32,000 bases of DNA. Origin: Candidatus Heimdallarchaeota archaeon. GTDB lineage: Archaea; Asgardarchaeota; Heimdallarchaeia; Heimdallarchaeales; Kariarchaeaceae. The notes under the pieces are model-generated. The model was not told where the DNA came from. It saw only the letters and a list, made by a program, of their open reading frames with translations, and searched no databases. Shown here piece by piece: positions 1-8,312 of this stretch; within the stretch, counting starts at the first letter, position 1, and each line of letters starts with the position of its first letter. Made by a program: the position numbers and the translations under genes. The stretch covers positions 600,001 through 632,000 of the forward strand of contig JASBSB010000001.1 of NCBI GenBank assembly GCA_030149205.1, given 5' to 3'.

Positions 1-587
1 ACGGGTTCATCTAAAAGAAGTAAGGACGGAGAGGTCATCAATAATCGACCTATAGCAAGAAGTTTCTGCTGACCACCTGATATTTCACTTGCTAAATTAT
101 TCATAATATGTGCAATTTCAAGGAAATCTAGTATTTCAAGTGCCTTAACAATGTTTTGTGCCTCCTGTCTTTTCCAAAGAGGTGATCCTAGAAAGCCCCA
201 AATTAGACTCTCTCCAATCTGTCTAGGGGGAGATACAAGCATGTTCTCCAAAACAGTCATATCAGGAAAATTTCTGGTGTGCTGAAAGGTTCTAACCATT
301 CCTTTAAGAGCAATAGACTCAGGAGCCATACCCCAAATATCATAACTTTCTGAACGCTTTCCTCTAAATCGTCGGAACAGTATATTTCCACTTTTAAGTT
401 CTGGTTTTAGAAACCCAGTAATCACATTAAAGAAGGTACTTTTTCCTGAACCGTTTGGGCCGATTAATGAGGTTAACTTCCCTTTCTGAACCACAACTGA
501 AGCACCATTAACAGCCTTAACCCCTGAAAAATACTTATGGATATTTTCAGCTTTAAAAACAAAATTATCTGATTCGTTTTCCATCAT
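1..587 (-). CDS. livG: Branched-chain amino acid ABC transporter ATP-binding protein (partial, runs off window start)
   Basis: Not in ORF track; translated by hand: MMENESDNFVFKAENIHKYFSGVKAVNG...GPNGSGKST (Walker A)...EISGGQQKLL (signature)...LLLLDEP (Walker B). ATGA overlap with livM stop. Confidence 0.92.
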   Translation of the reverse strand, partial: MMENESDNFVFKAENIHKYFSGVKAVNGASVVVQKGKLTSLIGPNGSGKSTFFNVITGFLKPELKSGNILFRRFRGKRSESYDIWGMAPESIALKGMVRTFQHTRNFPDMTVLENMLVSPPRQIGESLIWGFLGSPLWKRQEAQNIVKALEILDFLEIAHIMNNLASEISGGQQKLLAIGRLLMTSPSLLLLDEP

Positions 588-2290
588 TTCATTTCCTCCT
601 CGTAATTTGAAGATTTTTCATCTGTATTCTCAGTAAATTCCAAACCCCTTAAATTTTGATGCCTAAAAGAGTTATCACCAGCAATACTCATAAAAAAGGA
701 GAGAATTCTAACTAAATAGCTCTTTGAACCCTCAGTGTCTAAGCTAAGCTGCTTTAATAATTTCAGGTATCTTTCATTTTGATTCTTCTGTTCTGGGAAT
801 ATTCCCTCAGGAGCAAAAATCAGGAACAAAATTAAAACTACACCAACTACTATTAGCGAGAAGTTAACAAAATCAAATCTTAATCCTGCAAAAATACCAC
901 CCACATTTTGAAGATCACCCATTTTCGATGCTGCTTGAAATAATAACTGAATAAGAAAGGCACCAAATATAGCACCGATGTTATTTGCTGTTCCTCCTAC
1001 TATAATCATAATATACAAGGTAAAGGTTGTTGTGGGTGTGTATCCATCAGGAGTAATTGACCCAACCTGATAAGCCAAAAGAACACCAAAAAAACCAGCG
1101 AACATATTTGACAAGGCTAAACCTTTAATCCTATAACCAAGTAGACTTTTTCCAACAGAAATAGCACTTGTATCATCATCTCTAAAGGCCCTCATAGTTC
1201 TCCCAAAAGGTGATTTTACAATATCCTCAATTAACTTGTATGAAATAAGTAATACACCAACTGCTAAAAGCATATTATACCAATTTGAAAGTGTGGTTGA
1301 AAGTGAGTTCACTGGAAAGACAAACCCAAGTACATAACTAAATATAATGTACAACATAAAAACGATGATGGTTTTGAGAAAATCCCAGTGGATATCATAC
1401 TTTCTGAGAAGAGCGAACTTATAATTTCTTTGGAAAAAAAGTAAAATCAATAATATTAATATTGATAGATCTATCGCTCCATTTGGTGATCCTCCAAAAG
1501 AGCCAAAGAAGTTTAAAACAATAACAATTATTCCCAAAAAAATTGTGAAGTTGATTAAACCATTTTCTACTTCTTCTTGAATCCCACCTTTGGTCACGAA
1601 AGGTTCACTAATTGAATATGGAACAGCATAAATTTTTGAATATTTCTGATTTAGATAAATAAAATACAAGAATATTAAAATTAATGTTATAAGAATAATA
1701 GATATTGAATTATTATTTAAAAGAATATTTTGTAAGAAGGTAGTATTTGAAGGATATAGCCTATCAATAGGAAGGGGGACTGCAAAACCTTCAAATCCAC
1801 CGAGTTGATGTTGATTTCGTACTGTTTCCCGGATAATTTCACCAACAACGATGGTTACTATAGCAAAATAATCCTCTTTTAATCTTAGGGATGGCAAGGT
1901 TAGTATGATTCCAAAAACCCCGGCTGAAATACCTGCAAAGATAAATGATAGAATTTCATTCACTCCAGAATTTACGAATAGGATATAAGAGTAGGCACCC
2001 ACTGCTATAAACCCAATCTTTCCAAAATTAGGTAGTCCAAGGAAGCCTACCTCCATATTCAAAGAAAGACTCAATCCTGCAAATATTGCAATAAATGTAA
2101 TGGTGAAGGTGAAATAATCCAAGTTTGTTGACCCTCCAAATACCAACGGTAGCACGAAGGATAAAAAGATCAGGCCACCCATAATTATTGCTAAGGTATA
2201 GTTTACTGTCTGAGATTTTGGGTTGTATTCTGCTTTGGCAATTATATCTTCTACTGTTTGATTTAATTTTTCGTTAATCATGTTATTCAC
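584..2290 (-). CDS. livM: Branched-chain amino acid ABC transporter permease, enlarged by an internal membrane insertion
   Basis: LSLNMEVGFLGLPNFGKIGF, LRLKEDYFAIVT, SPFGRTMRAFRDD, IIVGGTAN, PEGIFPE LivM motifs; 568 aa. Confidence 0.9.
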   Translation of the reverse strand: MNNMINEKLNQTVEDIIAKAEYNPKSQTVNYTLAIIMGGLIFLSFVLPLVFGGSTNLDYFTFTITFIAIFAGLSLSLNMEVGFLGLPNFGKIGFIAVGAYSYILFVNSGVNEILSFIFAGISAGVFGIILTLPSLRLKEDYFAIVTIVVGEIIRETVRNQHQLGGFEGFAVPLPIDRLYPSNTTFLQNILLNNNSISIILITLILIFLYFIYLNQKYSKIYAVPYSISEPFVTKGGIQEEVENGLINFTIFLGIIVIVLNFFGSFGGSPNGAIDLSILILLILLFFQRNYKFALLRKYDIHWDFLKTIIVFMLYIIFSYVLGFVFPVNSLSTTLSNWYNMLLAVGVLLISYKLIEDIVKSPFGRTMRAFRDDDTSAISVGKSLLGYRIKGLALSNMFAGFFGVLLAYQVGSITPDGYTPTTTFTLYIMIIVGGTANNIGAIFGAFLIQLLFQAASKMGDLQNVGGIFAGLRFDFVNFSLIVVGVVLILFLIFAPEGIFPEQKNQNERYLKLLKQLSLDTEGSKSYLVRILSFFMSIAGDNSFRHQNLRGLEFTENTDEKSSNYEEEMK

Positions 2291-2291
2291 C

Positions 2292-3515
2292 TCAAAGTTT
2301 TGATCCTGGATCTACCAATCCAAATATACCTCTAGGTCGAAATATAAGTACGACAATAATCATCAAAAATGGTCCCACATTGCTCCAATCAGCTGAGGGA
2401 TTCCAGAATACAGTATAACTTAAAGGAGATCCAGGAGGAACGTTATTTGCGATTATTCCATTGATCATTATCGTTAAAGTTTGAATTCCTGCGATAATGA
2501 AGCCACTAATTAAAGTTCCCTCGAATGAATCAAAGCCGCCTAAAATAACAACTGCAAAAATTATCAGTAATTGACTAAACCCTGCAAAAGGTACAACTGC
2601 TCCACTACTAAAAAGTAACACACCTCCAAATGCAGTTATTCCACCAGAAATAAACCAAGTCCAGTAGGTGATTGATTGTGTGTTTATACCTGAGATTTCA
2701 GATAGATCTTCATCATCTGAAGTTGCTCTCATTGAGATACCCAAATATGTCTTTTTGAAGAGGAATTGTAATGTAAGAACCATAATAACCATTGATAATA
2801 TACTAATGACTCCAATGTTACTTACGGTCAATGTTTTTGATGACCCAAAAATTCCAAATGTGGTAATATCATTAAAGGGGGATGCCAAAAATGACCCAAC
2901 TAACGGTACTGTTAATAAAAAGTTTCCAATACTCAACCAAAAACTTGGTAGGGGCAATACCATTATTACAGGAACTCCCCCACCTGGTAAGAATTGTTGT
3001 ATTACGTGTCTAATTATCAAACCAACTCCAATGGAAGCTACCATTAATGAAAGTGGTGTTGCTTTTCTCTTTGCTAGTGGCCCAAATACTAGTAATTCAC
3101 TTAATATTGCAATAAGCCCACCCATTATAAATGCGAAAAATAGGAGGGATAATAAATTATTAAAGAAGAGGTTTAAATTCAGGTCGTTAATCGCTACAAC
3201 GGTATATAACCCTACTGTGAGCAACTCTGCATGCGCGAAATTCGCGAATTTCTTAACACGTATACTTAAAGTTAGACCAACACTCACCAAAATGAATTGA
3301 GAGGCTTTAACCAGGGTAAAATAAACCTGGGCCACGTAATTCTGTCTATATAGATCTACCACAGTCAATAAATAAGAACTTACTAAAATAAAAACTGAAA
3401 TAATTAAGAGAGAGTAGATTAGTTCTTTTCTCTTTCTCATTTCTGCGATCGCTTGGTCAATATTCACTTCTTCTGGATATAATAATTCTTCATCTAAATC
3501 AATTGCATCTGTCAT
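2292..3515 (-). CDS. livH: Branched-chain amino acid ABC transporter permease
   Basis: GLTLSIRVKKFANFAHAE, TYLGISMRATSDD, VILGGFDSFEG, FRPRGIFG LivH motifs. Confidence 0.9.
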   Translation of the reverse strand: MTDAIDLDEELLYPEEVNIDQAIAEMRKRKELIYSLLIISVFILVSSYLLTVVDLYRQNYVAQVYFTLVKASQFILVSVGLTLSIRVKKFANFAHAELLTVGLYTVVAINDLNLNLFFNNLLSLLFFAFIMGGLIAILSELLVFGPLAKRKATPLSLMVASIGVGLIIRHVIQQFLPGGGVPVIMVLPLPSFWLSIGNFLLTVPLVGSFLASPFNDITTFGIFGSSKTLTVSNIGVISILSMVIMVLTLQFLFKKTYLGISMRATSDDEDLSEISGINTQSITYWTWFISGGITAFGGVLLFSSGAVVPFAGFSQLLIIFAVVILGGFDSFEGTLISGFIIAGIQTLTIMINGIIANNVPPGSPLSYTVFWNPSADWSNVGPFLMIIVVLIFRPRGIFGLVDPGSKL

Positions 3516-3519
3516 TTGG

Positions 3520-4269
3520 TCACCTCTTTCCTAAAAACATCTCCCCAATTTTCGGATTATGCAGTATATTTTCTGCTTTATCCGAGTGGGCAACTTCACC
3601 AGACACAAAAACATATGCTCGGTCACTGATTTGCAATGCCCTGGTTGCTCTTTGTTCCACTAATAAAATGCTTAAACCAAGTTTCATTAGAGTTTGAATT
3701 TCGTGGAAAATCACATCAGCTAAAACAGGAGCTAAAGCTGCACTAGGTTCATCTAACAACAAAATTTTTGGTTCAGACATTAATGCCTTACCAAGCGCTA
3801 GCATTTGCCTTTCTCCTCCAGAAAGTAAAGCGGCACTCTGACCAGTTCTAGATTTAAGCCTTGGAAAAATATCATAAATTTCTTCTACTTTTTTCTTGAA
3901 GTTATAAGAAGGGTCTTTACGTTTCACGAATCCCCCAATTTTCAGATTTTCTTCAACGGTTAACGTTGGAAATACATTAGAAACTTGAGGAACATAACTC
4001 AATGGAATCCCTGATGTTACAATTTGGTAGGGCTTTAGGGAAGTAACATTAAAGTTTTGATTTTCCTTAGGGTCAGCTATACTTATATTTCCTGACCAAC
4101 AGGGAACAAGCCCTATGATGGTCTTAACAAAAGTTGACTTACCGCTCCCATTTGGCCCAATTATTGTAACAAGCTCACCTTCCTTTACCTCAACATTGAT
4201 CCCATGAAGGATTTCTAGCTTCCCATAACCACTAACAACATCAGTAGCTTTCAAAATTGTCTCTGCCAT
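3520..4269 (-). CDS. livF: Branched-chain amino acid ABC transporter ATP-binding protein
   Basis: GYGKLEILHGI, GPNGSGKST, LSGGERQMLALGKALM, LLLDEPS, LLVEQ. Start moved from 4341 to ATG 4269 (MAETILK) where homology begins. Confidence 0.93.
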   Translation of the reverse strand: MAETILKATDVVSGYGKLEILHGINVEVKEGELVTIIGPNGSGKSTFVKTIIGLVPCWSGNISIADPKENQNFNVTSLKPYQIVTSGIPLSYVPQVSNVFPTLTVEENLKIGGFVKRKDPSYNFKKKVEEIYDIFPRLKSRTGQSAALLSGGERQMLALGKALMSEPKILLLDEPSAALAPVLADVIFHEIQTLMKLGLSILLVEQRATRALQISDRAYVFVSGEVAHSDKAENILHNPKIGEMFLGKR

Positions 4270-4447
4270 AGTTAAATCTCTTTTTATAAAAGAAGAAGGG
4301 GAAGTGGGTTTATAACAATTGCTCTTTTCTATGATGTACAATACCTAATTTTGTGTTAAAATAATACGTATAAATTAAAATTTCAACTAAATACAGTAAT
4401 AATATTTTTAAGTATCAGCTAAGATATCGTATCAACTTGTTCGATAT

Positions 4448-4463
4448 TGTTAAAGATTTAACA
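4448..4463. promoter_or_regulatory. Perfect inverted repeat TGTTAAA-GA-TTTAACA, candidate operator in the divergent livF/SBP promoter
   Basis: 7-2-7 palindrome ending 18 nt before the SBP ATG, just upstream of SD-like AAGGTGA (4469-4475). Confidence 0.4.
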
Positions 4464-4481
4464 TGAACAAGGTGATTTATT

Positions 4482-5873
4482 ATGAACAGAAATCAGAAAA
4501 TTATCTTAGCGATTATAGTATCACTAAGTTTTTTGGTTGTACCGTCCGCAAGCGTTGCACAATTCAATGCCCATGAAACGGTACATCCTCAACAGACTAC
4601 TATCAAGTTAGGTGGTCTCTTCCCTCTCTCTGGTAGATTAGCTGGAGGAGGTGTAGAGAGAAGAGCTGCTGCACAGATGGCGATTGATCAAATTAATGCC
4701 AATACGTCATTTTTGAGCAACGTAAAGTTAGAGTTATTGGTTAAAGATACCAAGACTGATCCAGCAACAGGAACTACGGTAGCAAATGAGGCAATCAGTG
4801 CAGGAGTAGTTGGAATTATCGGTGCTGCATCATCTTCAGTATCTAAGGCAATTGCAACTGTAGCAGCCCAGAAAAAGATACCACAAATTTCTTATTCTTC
4901 AACCAGTCCTTCACTCTCAGATAAACAGTTATATCCTTATTTTATGAGAGTTGTGCCTCCAGATTCTCAGCAAGGTAGTGCTTTAGCCCATATCATTCAA
5001 AATTTCAAATTTACTGATATTGCAACAATCTCAACCTCTGATGATTATGGTTTAGGAGGTATAGGTGTTGTAGAAAATGTCTCCAAAACCTTAGGAATAA
5101 ATGTCGCCACAAAACAGAGATTTACCCCTGGTGCTGCAGATGTAACCACACAATTACAAGCAATCAAAGATTCTGGAGCAAAGGTCATTGTAATTAATAC
5201 AGTGATTCAAGATGCAATTACTGTCTTTTCTCAGATGTCAAAGGTCGGTATTTCTCCAAAAAATGGATACACATGGTTTGGAACTGATGGACCAACACAA
5301 GAAGCAGTCTTTGCAAATGATACAAAAATCAAAGATGCCCTCCAAGGAATGGTTGGTACAGCTCCGAATAGAGGATCCGGTTCATCCTTTGATGCATTCG
5401 TTAACCTTTGGAAGACTTGTAATGGAAAGACTTCTACTGATTATGCAGGATGTGGAGATACCACACCAAACACCTATGCACCTTTTGCATATGATGCAGT
5501 CTATGCATTTGCACATGCAATTGACAAGATGTTAAAAGCCAACCAAGCAGTTAACGATGGAGCAAAGTTACTTGAGACCTTAAAAGGTCTAAAGTTTCAA
5601 GGTGCGACCGGTCTTATCACTTTTGACAAGAATGGTGATAGAATTGGAGATTACAATGTTCTTAACCTACAAGGAACAGTTTTCAAAGTTGTGGGTATCT
5701 ATAACTTAAATACTGGACTTAAATTAACTGGTACAATCACATGGGGAACTGGAAATACTGCGGTTCCATCATATGCTAAATTGGGTGGTGCACCTGGTTT
5801 TGAACTTCCAATGATCGCGTTTGGATTAATAAGTATCATTGCAATTATAAGATTTAGAAAGAGAGAAAACTAG
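4482..5873 (+). CDS. ABC transporter substrate-binding protein, Venus-flytrap (ANF_receptor/LivK) fold, with signal peptide and PGF-CTERM anchor
   Basis: N-terminal hydrophobic signal; GGLFP, IPQISYSSTSPSLSD, FMRVVPPD, YDAVYAFAHA, FQGATGLITFDKNGDR; C-terminal PGF + TM + RFRKREN. Divergent from the liv operon. Confidence 0.9.
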   Translation: MNRNQKIILAIIVSLSFLVVPSASVAQFNAHETVHPQQTTIKLGGLFPLSGRLAGGGVERRAAAQMAIDQINANTSFLSNVKLELLVKDTKTDPATGTTVANEAISAGVVGIIGAASSSVSKAIATVAAQKKIPQISYSSTSPSLSDKQLYPYFMRVVPPDSQQGSALAHIIQNFKFTDIATISTSDDYGLGGIGVVENVSKTLGINVATKQRFTPGAADVTTQLQAIKDSGAKVIVINTVIQDAITVFSQMSKVGISPKNGYTWFGTDGPTQEAVFANDTKIKDALQGMVGTAPNRGSGSSFDAFVNLWKTCNGKTSTDYAGCGDTTPNTYAPFAYDAVYAFAHAIDKMLKANQAVNDGAKLLETLKGLKFQGATGLITFDKNGDRIGDYNVLNLQGTVFKVVGIYNLNTGLKLTGTITWGTGNTAVPSYAKLGGAPGFELPMIAFGLISIIAIIRFRKREN

Positions 5874-5934
5874 AATTTTCAACAATCAATACAGAATAAA
5901 AAATAAACTTTAAACTTACAGTTATCTAATCTAC

Positions 5935-7002
5935 TTGTTGAGTTTCTCAAGAATACTAGACAGATCAATAATTGAACTACCAAGATTAATAGATGTAAAA
6001 CTGGATGCTTTCCCAGATATCCCAGAGAATTGTGATCGTCTTGGGCTTGATGAGAATGTGAGTCTCTTAACTGGAGAAACAACATACAAGATTGCAGGAA
6101 AGTCAGTTGAACAGGTTCTCGAGGATTCAGGTAGAAACGTGTCAGTTTATCATGTCAAAGAAGCTACCTTGGAGGAAAGTGAGAGAATTCAGGAATTTTA
6201 CAAAGATACAAGCTGTGAGTTCTCGGTCGCTGTTGGAGGGGGACGAGTTATCGATGCTGCGAAATACTCATCGTTTGAGTTTAAAATTCCCTTTGTTTCA
6301 GTCCCTACAATTGCTTCACATGATGGGATAGCGAGTGCAAGGTCTTCTCTCAGAGGACTGGGATATAAGACCTCTTACCCTGCCCAATCCCCATTGCTAG
6401 TTGTGGGTGATATCAGAACACTAAGTCAATCTCCACAAAGATTTACAGTATCTGGTTGTGCTGATGTTATATCCAACAAAACAGCAATTTTAGATTGGGA
6501 GCTTTCCAATAGAATAACAGGAGAACATATCTCTGCTTATGCTTCAAGTTTGGCAGAAATCTCAGCTCTTTCCATGATTAAAGCAAGAAAGGAGATAGCG
6601 AAGGACAGAGTAAAAGGAGCTTACCACGTTTTCAAAGGGCTTATTACCAGTTCAATGGCAATGTGTATTGAGGGTTCTTCGAGACCAGCAAGTGGTGCAG
6701 AACACCTAATTGCACACAGCCTTGAGCAAAGGTTAGAGACAATTGCATTACATGGAGAATTGGTTGGTGCTATGTCTATATTTTCAATGTATTTGCACGG
6801 AGGAGACTGGAAAGAGATAAAAGCTACACTTGAAGTGTTGGGGGCACCTACATCAGCCACTCAATTAGGTATAGAAGATAGAGTACTAATAGAGGCAATT
6901 TTATCTGCACAATCAATTCGACCTGAAAGATACACAATATTGTCTAGTGGGGTCACAGAAAAAGCGGTGGTTAGGGCATTAACAGATACTGGACTAATTT
7001 AG
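5935..7002 (+). CDS. egsA: sn-glycerol-1-phosphate dehydrogenase [NAD(P)+]
   Basis: VGGGRVID, VPTIASHDG, SSRPASGAEH, LHGE metal and cofactor motifs intact; TTG start (5935 or 5938). Confidence 0.93.
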   Translation: MLSFSRILDRSIIELPRLIDVKLDAFPDIPENCDRLGLDENVSLLTGETTYKIAGKSVEQVLEDSGRNVSVYHVKEATLEESERIQEFYKDTSCEFSVAVGGGRVIDAAKYSSFEFKIPFVSVPTIASHDGIASARSSLRGLGYKTSYPAQSPLLVVGDIRTLSQSPQRFTVSGCADVISNKTAILDWELSNRITGEHISAYASSLAEISALSMIKARKEIAKDRVKGAYHVFKGLITSSMAMCIEGSSRPASGAEHLIAHSLEQRLETIALHGELVGAMSIFSMYLHGGDWKEIKATLEVLGAPTSATQLGIEDRVLIEAILSAQSIRPERYTILSSGVTEKAVVRALTDTGLI

Positions 7003-7365
7003 GCAGAATGGCTTTCTCTCATTACACGATTTACCCATAGGATGTGTCATCTGAATACCACATTCTGAAAGTTTGTAACACACATAGATTGGTAAATAGT
7101 TGTGAATTGTAATAAAATCCACAATTCCAATTTTCCAATCAGTGATAATTGCGTTATTTCGTAAAAGTTCAATTTTAATCTCATTCATTTGTATATGTAG
7201 ACGATTGGAGAACTCATTGTCAATTATACGATCTTGAAATGAGTGGTATAGATCTACAGCCTGTCTAAGGAGGGGGATAACATTAATTATTGCGAGTTGA
7301 ATCTCTTGAAAGGAAAGTGCTTTAATCGGAAAATTCTCCGTGCTTACAAGCTCCTCAATCATCAT
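6994..7365 (-). CDS. DUF2203 family protein
   Basis: GIVDF...VCYKLSE..I...H....C.ERKP resembles the DUF2203 C-terminal pattern GLVDFP...LCW..GE.....H......RRP. Confidence 0.65.
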   Translation of the reverse strand: MMIEELVSTENFPIKALSFQEIQLAIINVIPLLRQAVDLYHSFQDRIIDNEFSNRLHIQMNEIKIELLRNNAIITDWKIGIVDFITIHNYLPIYVCYKLSECGIQMTHPMGKSCNERKPFCLN

Positions 7366-7487
7366 AGTCTATACCTTCTAGTTGTTTATAATCTTTTTAG
7401 TTTTTCTTACCTTAATATTCTTCGAACTTTTCGTACAGCAACCCGAGTCATTAATAACCTGCAATTCAATTAAAAAATAAGAATTGT

Positions 7488-8246
7488 ATGACGACAACTG
7501 GTACTGGAATGAAGCAAGCTCCAATCGAATTTATCACCAATGGAGCAGATTTGAGTGGAACAACGCTCATTACTGGATTTTATGGGATAGGAAAGATCGG
7601 ATTTATTTCAGTTAACCATCTAATTCAAAAACTTGGGGCTGAAAAAATTGGGTTTGTTTTGTCTGAATACCTGCCACCATTTATTTCTGTTAAATCTGAC
7701 AATCTGGTGTTACCCTTTGAGATCTATAAGAAAAATAATTTAGTGTTTCTGGTAACTTTCTTTGAACCCTATAAATATGAACATAGAAACTTTGCTAAGG
7801 CGGTCGTGGACTGGATGAAGTCAAATCATATGGAGAGTCTTATCTTGATTGGTGGATTAGACTCCAGATTGCGAACTGACCCAGAAATTATTGCAAAAGC
7901 AGTGTATACCAGTTCTTACAAAAGTAATTATCCAACAAATAATATCCCCGTGTTAGATGAGGGGCTTTATGTCACGGGGCCCTTGGCGTTGATAATGATG
8001 TACTGTGAAATTTTTGATTTGCCAGCTATGGGGGTGTTACCCTACGCCGAAAGATCCAGACCTGACCCAATTGGAGCAAGTCATGCAGTTGAGGTAGTCA
8101 ATGACCTACTAAATTTAGAGTGTGGAGTACAAGAACTTGTTGCTGAAGCAGAGAATATTGAAAAAGAGATACAATCAATGATGGATGTGTCAGAAAATGC
8201 TGAGGATGATGAACAGGTGCCAGCTGATAAAGGGATGTTTCTTTAG
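7488..8246 (+). CDS. PAC2 family proteasome assembly chaperone-like protein
   Basis: LITGFYGIGKIGFISVNHL, LILIGG, YVTGPLAL, RPDPIGASHAVE, acidic tail. Confidence 0.85.
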   Translation: MTTTGTGMKQAPIEFITNGADLSGTTLITGFYGIGKIGFISVNHLIQKLGAEKIGFVLSEYLPPFISVKSDNLVLPFEIYKKNNLVFLVTFFEPYKYEHRNFAKAVVDWMKSNHMESLILIGGLDSRLRTDPEIIAKAVYTSSYKSNYPTNNIPVLDEGLYVTGPLALIMMYCEIFDLPAMGVLPYAERSRPDPIGASHAVEVVNDLLNLECGVQELVAEAENIEKEIQSMMDVSENAEDDEQVPADKGMFL

Positions 8247-8312
8247 AATCTTCAACTGAAGTCAAAATAAGGATGCAACAGGTTTAAAGCAGGGAACACC
8301 TAGATATATTTA

